Positions 44,849-54,689 are shown, counted from the first letter of the stretch. The stretch is 58,266 nucleotides of DNA from a virus (IMGVR_UViG_3300042924_001589:1-58266); one strand, 5' to 3'. Notes: generated by a model from the sequence alone, not told the origin. Translations and numbers: made by a program.

Positions 44849-46096
44849 TTAGCCCCCTCGCAAGGCATTGTAGAGTCCAAGTCCGCCAACGCCTGCACCC
44901 AGTACTGACTGGAACAAACTCGGCTGCTGCTGGAAGGTAGACACTGTCTGTTGTGGTTGCACCGGCACACCACGCAAGATGTTGGAGTAGAACCCGAGTT
45001 GACCTTGGGTGTAGCCCATCTGGTTCAGGAAGTCCTGATAGCCGACATCGAGCGAGGCTTGGTTCAATGCTCGTTGGCGCTGACCCACGGATTCCTGCTG
45101 ACCCAGACGCTCAATGTCCAAAGCCTGCTGAGCCTGGCCCAAGTTACCCAAGGTCTGAGCAGCAGCCAGTTGCTGCTGGCGACCCGCCAGATCCTGCTGC
45201 AATCCGGCCAGACCAAACTGAGTCTGCTGTTGACGGGCAGCCTCACGCGCTGCCTCCTGACGAGCGGCCAACTCTGCCGACGCCTGACGCTGTTGCTGAT
45301 TGAACTGCCCCGCAGTCAAACCAAACTGAGCTTGAGCCTGACGCGCAGCCTCCTGTGCTTGGAAGCCTGCTAAGCCACTGGCCGCCGCCGCTTGACGAGC
45401 AGCCTCTTGAGTCTGGAACCCGGCCATCTGAGCCTGTCGATCTCGCTCATATTGCTGCATGGCAGATTCGTAGGCATCTGCTCGACCCTTGGCAGTGACA
45501 TCGCCAGTCTGCTCAAGGATGTTACGTTGTAACTCTGATCGCTCCAGAGCCTCGCGGTATCCACCGCGACCACCAGCCTGTGCCGCTGCCTGACTAATGC
45601 CCGTTCTGGCTCGCTCAGCACCCTTCTCCAGTTCACGCACCGCTGCGCTAGTGACTGCCTCTTGGTAGGGCGTCATGTAACGAGAAGCAATCTCTTGGGT
45701 GAATGGGCCTACCGATCCCAGTATTCCCGCCTGATAAGCCGCAGGGCCAACTCCAGCGGCGTAGCCTGCTGAGATATCGGTCGGCGTGAAAGCCGCTGTA
45801 AAGGCTCCTGGCGTGTAGCCCTTGGCGTAGTCGAAAGCACTCGGGCCAGCCTGTGCTGCCTGCGCCGCCACCCCAGTGGCTGCCGCAATCTGGGCTGGGG
45901 TCGCAAGACCTCCAATGCCGGCCTGCGCTGCTCGCTCTGCGGCAGTAAAGTCGGCAAGCCTTGCGCCGGTGTAGGGCTGATACCCCTGCAAACTCTCCGT
46001 CTCTGCACGTTGCAGGAGACGCTCAAAGTAGGGGGCGGCGTACTCAGGCAGTGCCTGTTGGTAAACCGTGGTACTGGTGGGTGCTGTTTCTGCCAT
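44849..46096 (-). CDS. Putative DNA-transfer/pilot ejection protein
   Basis: 415 aa, Gln/Ala-rich; YQPY.G.R.A, YM.PY...V and C-terminal Gly-rich hydrophobic tail. Confidence 0.7.
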   Translation of the reverse strand: MAETAPTSTTVYQQALPEYAAPYFERLLQRAETESLQGYQPYTGARLADFTAAERAAQAGIGGLATPAQIAAATGVAAQAAQAGPSAFDYAKGYTPGAFTAAFTPTDISAGYAAGVGPAAYQAGILGSVGPFTQEIASRYMTPYQEAVTSAAVRELEKGAERARTGISQAAAQAGGRGGYREALERSELQRNILEQTGDVTAKGRADAYESAMQQYERDRQAQMAGFQTQEAARQAAAASGLAGFQAQEAARQAQAQFGLTAGQFNQQQRQASAELAARQEAAREAARQQQTQFGLAGLQQDLAGRQQQLAAAQTLGNLGQAQQALDIERLGQQESVGQRQRALNQASLDVGYQDFLNQMGYTQGQLGFYSNILRGVPVQPQQTVSTFQQQPSLFQSVLGAGVGGLGLYNALRGG

Positions 46097-46107
46097 GACC
46101 TATCCTC

Positions 46108-49100
46108 TTAAGCAGGTAAAACTTTGGCTGAGTTGATGGGTTTCGCCTGCTTGGTTGAACCCGTCTTATCCTGTCTAACGCGAGACATCATCTGTTCAAG
46201 CTTGGTTCTGCCCGAGTCGCTGTTGCCATCACCTAACATGCTGACGACATCAGCGGGGATGATGAACTCCCCCGGTGACACTGCCACCCGTTCGGAACTT
46301 CCAATGACGCCCTCAACCATATCGTCCATGCCGCCAGTATGACCTTCGATCATACCTTCCTTGCGGCTGCCATTCGCAACGGACTCCAGTGTCTTCTCGC
46401 GAAGCTCTCGGAATGCTTTGTTGCCATGAAGGTCAATAAACTTCTGGATGACATCATCGGTTTGATCTTCAGCTAACTGACCGAGGATCGCTGCCTGAGT
46501 AAGTTGGATGAGTCCTCGACTGCCGTCCGTCATCGGGGCTTCTGAGTACTCAGCCACTTCTTCCTCAATGCTTTCTTCGTCCTCGTCCTCGACCTCACCG
46601 CCCTCGTTGTAGCCTTGGATCAAATCCAAATATCCACGAGGGGAATAGGACTTGATCTTCCCGCCTGTGGCTTTGGGTTCGATGCGATCATCGATGGTGT
46701 CGGGTCTGTCGGGGGTTCCCGGGGTTGTTCCGGGAGTGGAGCCGGGTGTGGTGAGATCAACAGCGGGTGGATTGAGGTTCTCAAAGAACATCCACTCAGG
46801 TAAGAATCCGTGTCGGTAATCATCCGTTGCAGCAACATAACGACGCTCTTGACCTTCTGGAATGTAGCCCAAGCCGCCTGTACCAGCGTATCCGCCACCA
46901 CCAGCGCCAACACCGCCGGCTGCCCCGCCAGTCATCGCCCCGGCAAGTGAGCCAAGCAATTGCGATGTGGCTAGATCCGCCAATGCGCCTTTGCCTTTAT
47001 TGATCAAGGTGTCGAGCAATGATGTCTCTGGTTTGGTGATATCAATCTGCTCAACTTCTGGCGTCTTTACAGGCTCGCCCGTAACTGGGTTGACGTTGGG
47101 CTGAGTGAAACCTTGCATAAGTTGGTTGGCAGTCAGGCCTGCCGCTCCGAGTCCGGTGAGAGAAATCGGAAGCGGCCTGCTACCAGTGACAACAACCTCA
47201 TCAAGGTTTGTATCAACTTCTGGCGGAAGCTCTTCGTAAGGTCGGAGCGTAGGCTCCGTGTAGCCTTTAAGTAGTTCAGCAGCAGTTAAGCCGCTAGTTC
47301 CAATTGTGGCCAGATCAAGAATGCCAGGTTGATACTTACTGCCGGTAACAATGACTTCGGCCAGACGATCCTTAAAAGGCTCCTGAGGCTGTTGAGCTTC
47401 CGTTGCCTCAATTTTTCCCTCAGTCAAATCAGGCTGGCCTTCGACTTGGCCATAGATGTCCGTTGGAATATCCGTCATTCCTTGAATCAAATTAGTTGAT
47501 GCAAGAGACCCCGGAACCAATCGCAGCAATGCTGGATCAATCGCCCTGCTTCCTGTAACTACAACCTCATCAAGAGGTGTTTCAAGACCAGTTGGCTGAG
47601 TTGGCGTTGTCTGGGCGACGGTTGTAGCAGGGGCGACTGTGCCGCCAGCTAAAGCTTGGGCGGCGCCAAGTCCAACAGAGCTAATCAGTGCAGCTGCCTG
47701 CGGAATACTCAGTGCCAACTTAGAGGCAATGATGGTTATCTCAGCCAGCGGGACACCGGCAGCTGCCACAGCAGCAGCGGTCGTTCCGGACACCAGACCC
47801 GTTGGCACCACACCAGTCAATGCACCAGCGCCACCGGCAGCGCCTGCTCCGCCAGCGGTTGCACCACCGGCTGTGGCTCCGCCACCTGCGCCGCCAAACA
47901 ATCCCGGGATTGCAGTTGCGCCCATCGCAGCCGCAGCCAAAGCCGCAAGCTCTTTAATCGGCAGTTTGCTCAGCAGAGTCTCTTCTTTCTTAAGACCCAG
48001 CATTGGATCGACATAACCGGCCTGCCCACCAAGCGCAGCAATGTTTCGCTCAATAGCCTGATCCTTTTTGAACTCGTTACCGGGGCCGACATACCGCTCT
48101 ACAAACACATCCTGCGGCATCTCGTTGTAGAACTTGGTGATCTCATCAGCATTCATCGGGCCACGAAGTTCACGCAACTTATTAGCATCAACGATGTTGC
48201 CAATGAAGTCGCCACCCAGTTCACGCTCAGCCTTCAATGCCTCATCAAAGGCCGCGCCGAACTCATTGTTCTTTAGAAGATCACTGATCCTCTGAAGAGC
48301 CTGAACTCGCGGGTTATCTTGAATGGCCTGAATCTCTTCCCGCGTAATCTCTGCAGGTCTTGCCACTTGCTGCAAGGCAGCCGCCATCTCTGGAGAGACT
48401 TCGAAATCGATAGCGGGTTGCTCCGCCTGCGTCGGCGTGGCGAATATGCCAGCGCCAGCCGGAGGCGCTGTAACGCCTGATGTGCCAGTGAAGCCTTGCT
48501 GCAACAAGCTAGGCTCAAGAGCCAGATTCTGCAGCGCCTCTGTCTTACGAAGATTCGCAAACAGATCATCCAGTGCGGCAGTGTTAATGCCAGTGCTTTG
48601 CGGGATATCAGAACCCGGCACAAACAGGCTGTTAATCAATGCTTGATCAATAACCTGTTGTTCGGTCGGAGGTTCCGGCTGATACACCGGCTCTTCAGGC
48701 AGGGTGCGATCTGCAGGCACAGGCTCCTCATTGGTTTCCTGTACCGGCGTTACTCCACCCGGCAGGATCTCATCTGGGATGTATTCATCAAATGAGAACG
48801 GGTCGAAAGAATAGCCATCGTATTTCCGCTCCACCGCCCCACCCTGCGCCATGCCAGGTGGACGATAGTACGGACTCGATGGCGGTAAAATCTGCGGATT
48901 ACGCTCGCGAATCTTGCGGCGGCGTTCAGCCTGATCTTCAAGGAAGTTTTGATACTGCCTTGCGTAGTCCTCTTCGGCTTTGATGCGACCAAGCTCACCA
49001 GCCCCGATCGTAAACGGCAGCATGACGCTCGGCTTTTGCACTTGCTCAAGCAAGTTATCCAAACCGGCTTCACCGGCAGCCTTTACCATCTGAACAGGGT

Positions 49101-49596
49101 TGAACTCTGGAGACTGGAATGCTTCTGAATAGCGTGAGCCGAAGGTGCCGGACTCTGGCTTCTTAAATATGCCGAACTTGTAACCGGTATCAGCGATAGG
49201 TTGGCCAGTGGCCGCGTCTACAGCAGCATCAGGGCCAAGGTCTGACAAGTTCCTGCCAAGGCGACCCAGCGAGGATGACACCAAGCCAGACATGATGCCC
49301 TTCTCAAGGCTGCCACCACCTAACATCGTGGAGGCAGTGGTGGCTAGAAAGCTCGACACACCCGGCGAGAATCCGACTGCCTTGAAAGCAGGGCCGAGAA
49401 AAGCTGAACCCACAAACGGCAGCAGATCCTTAAACTTGAATGCTTCTGGCAAGCCCGTCATCGGGTTCTCGGTAATGCCACCCAAGCCAGCAAGGTACTC
49501 CACTTCACTGGGAGCAACATGCATCAGCATGGTGTCGCCATAGCGACCCTGCTCAGCCAATATCCCGGCAAGTCCTTGCATGTTCTGGTTTGGCAT
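46108..49596 (-). CDS. Putative large ejection protein with TonB-box-like repeats
   Basis: 1162 aa; N-terminal GR.GDT...H....E...L..LGG...NP.TGLPEAF, C-terminal G..D.......S.GEF.IPADVVS.LG.G.S..G, Gly/Ala hydrophobic segments, internal EVVVTGSR repeats. Confidence 0.7.
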   Translation of the reverse strand: MPNQNMQGLAGILAEQGRYGDTMLMHVAPSEVEYLAGLGGITENPMTGLPEAFKFKDLLPFVGSAFLGPAFKAVGFSPGVSSFLATTASTMLGGGSLEKGIMSGLVSSSLGRLGRNLSDLGPDAAVDAATGQPIADTGYKFGIFKKPESGTFGSRYSEAFQSPEFNPVQMVKAAGEAGLDNLLEQVQKPSVMLPFTIGAGELGRIKAEEDYARQYQNFLEDQAERRRKIRERNPQILPPSSPYYRPPGMAQGGAVERKYDGYSFDPFSFDEYIPDEILPGGVTPVQETNEEPVPADRTLPEEPVYQPEPPTEQQVIDQALINSLFVPGSDIPQSTGINTAALDDLFANLRKTEALQNLALEPSLLQQGFTGTSGVTAPPAGAGIFATPTQAEQPAIDFEVSPEMAAALQQVARPAEITREEIQAIQDNPRVQALQRISDLLKNNEFGAAFDEALKAERELGGDFIGNIVDANKLRELRGPMNADEITKFYNEMPQDVFVERYVGPGNEFKKDQAIERNIAALGGQAGYVDPMLGLKKEETLLSKLPIKELAALAAAAMGATAIPGLFGGAGGGATAGGATAGGAGAAGGAGALTGVVPTGLVSGTTAAAVAAAGVPLAEITIIASKLALSIPQAAALISSVGLGAAQALAGGTVAPATTVAQTTPTQPTGLETPLDEVVVTGSRAIDPALLRLVPGSLASTNLIQGMTDIPTDIYGQVEGQPDLTEGKIEATEAQQPQEPFKDRLAEVIVTGSKYQPGILDLATIGTSGLTAAELLKGYTEPTLRPYEELPPEVDTNLDEVVVTGSRPLPISLTGLGAAGLTANQLMQGFTQPNVNPVTGEPVKTPEVEQIDITKPETSLLDTLINKGKGALADLATSQLLGSLAGAMTGGAAGGVGAGGGGYAGTGGLGYIPEGQERRYVAATDDYRHGFLPEWMFFENLNPPAVDLTTPGSTPGTTPGTPDRPDTIDDRIEPKATGGKIKSYSPRGYLDLIQGYNEGGEVEDEDEESIEEEVAEYSEAPMTDGSRGLIQLTQAAILGQLAEDQTDDVIQKFIDLHGNKAFRELREKTLESVANGSRKEGMIEGHTGGMDDMVEGVIGSSERVAVSPGEFIIPADVVSMLGDGNSDSGRTKLEQMMSRVRQDKTGSTKQAKPINSAKVLPA

Positions 49597-49599
49597 TGC

Positions 49600-49935
49600 T
49601 TACTCTCTCGCTGTCTCTACGCCAAAGATGTTGAATGCAACATTGGTGGCGCTGGAATAAACCTTGACCCTATCGGTTTCATTTAGGGTCATCCCGATAA
49701 CAATGAGCAGGGTGTCTTTAGCCCCGATCACATAGTCGTAATAGATGTACTGCTTCACGTTGTCGGCAGCATTAGCCACTGCCACTGATATGCGAATCGT
49801 GACAGGGGAAGATCCTGTGTTGCAGACCGTGATGCTGCTGACTGTGGTCTGCGCTTGGGCAGGCACGGTGTACAAGTCCGTCAGCGTGGCGGCTGACGGA
49901 GAAACTTGACCTAGTACCTTGATGGAGTCTGCCAT
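49600..49935 (-). CDS. Small beta-rich virion protein
   Basis: LGQ......LYTVP......I.VCN motif; paralog of 51230-51565. Confidence 0.7.
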   Translation of the reverse strand: MADSIKVLGQVSPSAATLTDLYTVPAQAQTTVSSITVCNTGSSPVTIRISVAVANAADNVKQYIYYDYVIGAKDTLLIVIGMTLNETDRVKVYSSATNVAFNIFGVETARE

Positions 49936-49973
49936 ATCAAAAACCTATTGAATTCCTAAAAATGCAATGCTTG

Positions 49974-51233
49974 TCATCGACTGATTTCTTCCCAGTCCAT
50001 TGATGCCAAGACATTATCTCCATTCGATGCTGAGGAGCAGGCAATAGTGAGTTCATAAGCGGTTCCGGTAAACGGCTCCCTCTCAAGTTGATTGGCAAAT
50101 AAAGCTTCTTTTAATATATCTACACTGGTGGAACCTTGATTAGACCCTTGGAAGAATCCCGCCGCTAAGATTCGACCCGTGCCTGTCGTAAATGCAGTAC
50201 CAGTAATGTTGTATTCCACTGCTGAATTAGTCCCGGCGCTTACCCACGTACCTCCAGTTGTTGTTCCGGAGCTGATAACCTGCCATTTGTAATTGGCGTT
50301 ATTGGTGGTGCCAAGTATAGAGATAGCAGTTAGGATAACGATCGCATCAAGTCGGGTTGACTTAAGTCGAATTGACACAACCGGATAAAGCGTACCTGCT
50401 GTCGTCAGGGAAAACGGGGTCGTAACTGCTGTGCCAGCTGACAGCTGCGCGCCACGAAGCTCATAACCACCTTCAGAGATAGCAGTGGAACAGACCTGCT
50501 TAAGGGTGCTTGCGCTAGCTGTAGTATCTGTATTAGTCATTTCATATCGCATCGGCAGTGATGCCGTAGTGATATATGTTGTCGTTATTAGGTTGGCATG
50601 GTTAAAGTTATGCGCCGGAACAAATACGCCGTTGATGATAAAACCCATGCGGCAGGTTCCAAGTCCGAGCCACTCAATGTCCATATAAAGGATCTGCGCC
50701 TTGGAAGAATCTAGAGTAATTCCAGATCTTCCAGTCCCATCAAGCGGATCTTGGTTCCAATTGGCTTGAGAAATTCTGGTATTAACAACCGAACCGGTAA
50801 CAGAGCTTCTCTCAACAAAGTATAGAGTTGACCCCTCTCTTTCAAAATACAACCCGTTGTCTGCCCCATAGTATCCAACACGTTGGCGCAGATTTTCCTT
50901 GGCACCACCAAATACAAATGTGGACATTACCAGCAAGCTTTTTCCTGGCTGATATGAAAACACTTTTGTGGTTTCACGAATAATTTGATCCCCGCTGGCA
51001 GTGCCGACGGTCAGATTAACTAGCCCCTCGTTTGCGCTAAATGTGGCAGCTGCGGTGCCGGTTGTGCTGGTTGCCCACAGATTATTGTCGGCATAACGAT
51101 GTGACGAATCGAACAAAGTTAGCGGACTACTAACCCTTAACCTTCCAAAGGCATCTACGTTTGTTCCGCCAATAGACACATAAGAAGGATTAACAATCGA
51201 GCTTCCAAACGGGGGATAGACAGTAATTGTCAC
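49974..51233 (-). CDS. Putative tail/appendage structural protein
   Basis: 419 aa with DAFGRLRVS.P.TLFDS, YQPGKS and EWLG.G..R.GF motifs seen in aquatic phage virion proteins. Confidence 0.65.
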   Translation of the reverse strand: MTITVYPPFGSSIVNPSYVSIGGTNVDAFGRLRVSSPLTLFDSSHRYADNNLWATSTTGTAAATFSANEGLVNLTVGTASGDQIIRETTKVFSYQPGKSLLVMSTFVFGGAKENLRQRVGYYGADNGLYFEREGSTLYFVERSSVTGSVVNTRISQANWNQDPLDGTGRSGITLDSSKAQILYMDIEWLGLGTCRMGFIINGVFVPAHNFNHANLITTTYITTASLPMRYEMTNTDTTASASTLKQVCSTAISEGGYELRGAQLSAGTAVTTPFSLTTAGTLYPVVSIRLKSTRLDAIVILTAISILGTTNNANYKWQVISSGTTTGGTWVSAGTNSAVEYNITGTAFTTGTGRILAAGFFQGSNQGSTSVDILKEALFANQLEREPFTGTAYELTIACSSASNGDNVLASMDWEEISR

Positions 51234-51565
51234 AGAGCCTCCCCGCCTGTTGCGCTAATAGTGCAGCCAGCCGCCGATGCTTTAACTTGAATAGTATCGC
51301 CAGCATTCATAATCTGAACCCCACACCACTGCACAGTGCTATTACCCGGCAACGGGGCGTTGTAGAAAATAGAGTTTGCAGCACCGGCGATGCCGCCAGA
51401 CGGCACAAAAGACACGTAGAAACCAATAGGAGATGCGGTTGTGTTGCAGATATCTATGTCCTTGACATAGGTTCTGGTGCCTGCGGGAACCGTATAGAGC
51501 GTGGCGTAGCTTGTTGTGATGGCTGCCTGCCCAAGCTTTAGGCCGGTGATGTTCTGGAAGGACAT
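51230..51565 (-). CDS. Small beta-rich virion protein (paralog of 49600-49935)
   Basis: Likely ATG at 51565 (MSFQNITGLKLGQAAITTSYATLYTVPAGT...DICNT). Confidence 0.7.
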   Translation of the reverse strand: MSFQNITGLKLGQAAITTSYATLYTVPAGTRTYVKDIDICNTTASPIGFYVSFVPSGGIAGAANSIFYNAPLPGNSTVQWCGVQIMNAGDTIQVKASAAGCTISATGGEAL

Positions 51566-51816
51566 TAGCAGCAGCCTCCCCAACCACCGAGCCATTCCCC
51601 GACGTTGTTAGTCGTTTTTTGGGATGGGTACAAAGGCAGAAATTGGAATCGCTTCATTGCCAAACTGCCCACACTATCTCCCTGCGTCTTGGCTCGCAGC
51701 ACTTCGGATCGAAGCTCTTGAATCTCCAATTCCAAGGTACGACGGGTCAGAGCCTCGTTGAACTTGTCATAGGACGGGGCTGCAATCGGCAGGGTAAGTG
51801 GGATTCGGCCAGCCAT
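51565..51816 (-). CDS. Hypothetical tail-module protein
   Basis: 83 aa, coupled to both neighbours. Confidence 0.6.
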   Translation of the reverse strand: MAGRIPLTLPIAAPSYDKFNEALTRRTLELEIQELRSEVLRAKTQGDSVGSLAMKRFQFLPLYPSQKTTNNVGEWLGGWGGCC

Positions 51817-53645
51817 TAGCGTTGACCGTCCGTGCGAAGATCAAAGCGAAGGTCACCCAGTCGCCAGCCATAGCCTAGGCCAGAACTCTCCACCCGAACC
51901 GCTGCCTGACGCATCCGGTTGCGAACAAAGACCTGATCGGTGGACGAACCCACTGTCGAGGTCGACTTGGTATTTAGGCTTTGCAATGGATAGTCCTTGC
52001 CTTTGATGACAAGGCTAATCATATTTGAACTGGTAGTTCCTTGGAACTTAAAGTCGGGGATAACTCGGGACATAAACATAAAGCTTTGCCCCGGGTCTAA
52101 CTCGAGGCTGCCTGACTCGATATAGGCGCTTAGCGCGCTGCCATCAGCGTCGTAGCCTACTTCATGTTGATAGAGATACCCCTCTCCGTTTACCTTGCCA
52201 GCGGCTACCGGGAAGTTTTTCAGGGCAGAGTCATAGTAGGCAGTGCGATCGAGGGTGCCGATGTACCAGATCTCCTCTTTGTAGTTGTAGGTGACATACC
52301 GATTCACTTCCTGCGAATTACTCGATGGGTAGTACCAAGTCACTTCAGAGAACTTAGAGTTGGTAGCAGCAAAGATCTTGTATGCCTGAACCAAGTTAAT
52401 ATCAGAGAACACATAGTTCAGGACGGTGCAATCTAGGGTCTGCACTGCCCCGTTGTATACATAAAAGTTACCTTCGTCCATAAAGAACACAAGGCCGTTA
52501 GCATCTGCCACGCAGTTTGGCGATATGCAACCATGGTAATCCGAGATTAGTGAAAACGAATACACGAAGGGTGACCCGACGTAGCGCATGCTGTACACGC
52601 CCGCATCGGTGAAGATCAGGATTTCCTGTTTGGTCTTTTGCGCTGTCACAATGTAAGAACCAGCACCTAGCAACTGACCGCCAGCATCGTTGGTCGATGT
52701 CGGCGTCCAGTCTACCGGGCTATCTGATTTTGACCAGCGAACCAAAAGCGGATCTATTGAGGTTGATCCTATGGGGTTGCAGCCAAAGGCCAGCACCTGA
52801 GCTGCCGTCTCACTCACCATTATTTGCGTTGAGGAAACAGGAGCGTCGGATACCCCGCTAACGGCAGATAGCGCCACACCACGAACTGAAGTGCCGGAAC
52901 TTTCATCCCAGTAATAAACGCCGCCGCCTCTGACATTGAATATCAAGTCATTGCCGTAGTTGTCCTGAGACCAAAGTCGAAGTTGGCTAGACGAAGTCAC
53001 TGCCGTGGCAGAACCCCATGCGCCAGAACCCCAAGCACCCACGCCCCAACCAGTGCTTGGGACGTAAACATCCAAGCCGACATTGATCTGATAGGCAGCC
53101 ACTACGGTGGCTCCACCGCCAGATACTGCGCCAGTTGTGCATGGCGTAGCTACAACAATGGTGTAGCTGTTAGCGTTGATAATCATTGTGATCTGATGCT
53201 CTTTGTTCAGATCACCAGCTGGAATCCCATCGAACCCAGTTGCGCCGCTAAACGTCACGAAATCATTAACAACCGCGCCATGAGCTGTGTCTGTCACCGT
53301 GACAGTGGTAGAGCCTGCGGCTCCGCTTGTGAACGGATTGTTCGCCATCGGGTTAACAGTCTTACGAATCGGCGTGATGTCGTAGTAAGAGTTTCCTTCG
53401 TTGACGTAGAACTTCAGGTTAGTACCGAAGCTTAAGTACGTCGTAAAGGCATTAGTGGCCCAGTCAAATATGGAGCGGCATGTCCCAAGAAAGCTTTGGC
53501 TTACATATTTCTGCCAGCCGCCGATCTTTTCTGGCCTGCCCTGCCGAAAACGAACCTTGTCGGAATCAAACCAACCGCCATCAGCGGTGTACTCGGTGCC
53601 TTCCTTATTAACACCAGGCTGAAATTTTGGCTTCGTTAAGGCCAT
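51816..53645 (-). CDS. Tail hub / DNA stabilization protein (P22 gp10 / tubular B-like)
   Basis: 609 aa with F.PG.NKE.T.Y...GGW.D.DKVRFR.G.PEKIGGW, VRWS, beta-propeller-like repeats and WRLG..R.D...DG.R end. Confidence 0.75.
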   Translation of the reverse strand: MALTKPKFQPGVNKEGTEYTADGGWFDSDKVRFRQGRPEKIGGWQKYVSQSFLGTCRSIFDWATNAFTTYLSFGTNLKFYVNEGNSYYDITPIRKTVNPMANNPFTSGAAGSTTVTVTDTAHGAVVNDFVTFSGATGFDGIPAGDLNKEHQITMIINANSYTIVVATPCTTGAVSGGGATVVAAYQINVGLDVYVPSTGWGVGAWGSGAWGSATAVTSSSQLRLWSQDNYGNDLIFNVRGGGVYYWDESSGTSVRGVALSAVSGVSDAPVSSTQIMVSETAAQVLAFGCNPIGSTSIDPLLVRWSKSDSPVDWTPTSTNDAGGQLLGAGSYIVTAQKTKQEILIFTDAGVYSMRYVGSPFVYSFSLISDYHGCISPNCVADANGLVFFMDEGNFYVYNGAVQTLDCTVLNYVFSDINLVQAYKIFAATNSKFSEVTWYYPSSNSQEVNRYVTYNYKEEIWYIGTLDRTAYYDSALKNFPVAAGKVNGEGYLYQHEVGYDADGSALSAYIESGSLELDPGQSFMFMSRVIPDFKFQGTTSSNMISLVIKGKDYPLQSLNTKSTSTVGSSTDQVFVRNRMRQAAVRVESSGLGYGWRLGDLRFDLRTDGQR

Positions 53646-53665
53646 CTATCCTCCAAAAACTGGTG

Positions 53666-54154
53666 TTAGGTAATGCCTGACAGGTATAAGGCTCTCTCAT
53701 CCTGTCGGCGTTTGACTAAGCCGGGCAGCACTCTGCCGCCAGCTTTAGTCCATTTCATGAATTCTTCAGCGGCTTCCTCAAACTCTCCACGATTTGTTTT
53801 CATGCGTAGAGAAGATCTCTGGAGATTGCCTAGTCCCACATTGAAGGCAAAACTGCAGAGGCTATCGAAGATTCCCTGATTGCCATTAGCAGCAGGGCAA
53901 AGTCTAAGAACGCCACGCTCAAACCGGCTAAGATCTTGAACAAGAATAGCGTCCACCTCTCCCATGGAGAGGACGCGATCCCAGCCTGCGGGTATCGGTA
54001 GATTGCGCCGTTCTTCATACTTCACTGCCGCATGAGCGGGGTCAATGACATGGCCCACGCCGACGCTCCAGATTAACGCCGGACATTGGTAAGGTCGCAT
54101 ACGCAAACCTTCATGATGCTTGATCATCTCAATACAGCGAGGGCTTGTCTTCAA
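53666..54154 (-). CDS. Endolysin, GH24 lysozyme family
   Basis: IK.HEG.R..PY.C....W..G.GH, FD.L.SF.FNVG, W.KAGG..LPGL..RR..E; probable TTG start at 54154. Confidence 0.92.
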   Translation of the reverse strand: MKTSPRCIEMIKHHEGLRMRPYQCPALIWSVGVGHVIDPAHAAVKYEERRNLPIPAGWDRVLSMGEVDAILVQDLSRFERGVLRLCPAANGNQGIFDSLCSFAFNVGLGNLQRSSLRMKTNRGEFEEAAEEFMKWTKAGGRVLPGLVKRRQDERALYLSGIT

Positions 54155-54689
54155 TTTTCCACCCCTGCCTAATAGCAATGTTTTTCGCCGTAGCCTTATG
54201 CACCTTTAGATGTCTTGCTAGTGAATTAAACCCAAAAAATATACCGTCTGGTGTGCGAATAATTGATTGCGATCTAGCAATAGTCTGAGTTTGTCTAGTC
54301 TTAGTTGTGTGCGACTTACCAAAAAACGGATTCTCCTGCCCGTATCTAGGGTTCTTATTGCCTATTGGTTTTTCCCTAGCAGCGTAATCAATATACTCAC
54401 TTCTATCTCCGCCGCAGCCGCCAATAGCCTCGTTCCAGCCAATCTGGAACTCTGGGCGCAACTTAGTTTCTAAGGCATAACACTCTTCATCTGTACCGCA
54501 GAAGACTACATCGCACAGTAGATTCTTCCAGCCGTGATATCTAATCGCTCTTCCAAAGTGACAATCGTCACGCGAAGTAATTGAACGGTGCCGGACAAGC
54601 CTGCTATTCAAATCGATAGCAACCCCGATGTATCCATCAGAGTTCATATCAAAATGCTCTTCAAGTCTTATCCAGTAAACAACGCTCAT
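54129..54689 (-). CDS. Free-standing GIY-YIG homing endonuclease with a NUMOD3-like motif
   Basis: VYWI...GYIG......R...H, E......GWN and G.ENPFFGKSHT motifs; ATG at 54689; AT-rich. Confidence 0.8.
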   Translation of the reverse strand: MSVVYWIRLEEHFDMNSDGYIGVAIDLNSRLVRHRSITSRDDCHFGRAIRYHGWKNLLCDVVFCGTDEECYALETKLRPEFQIGWNEAIGGCGGDRSEYIDYAAREKPIGNKNPRYGQENPFFGKSHTTKTRQTQTIARSQSIIRTPDGIFFGFNSLARHLKVHKATAKNIAIRQGWKIEDKPSLY

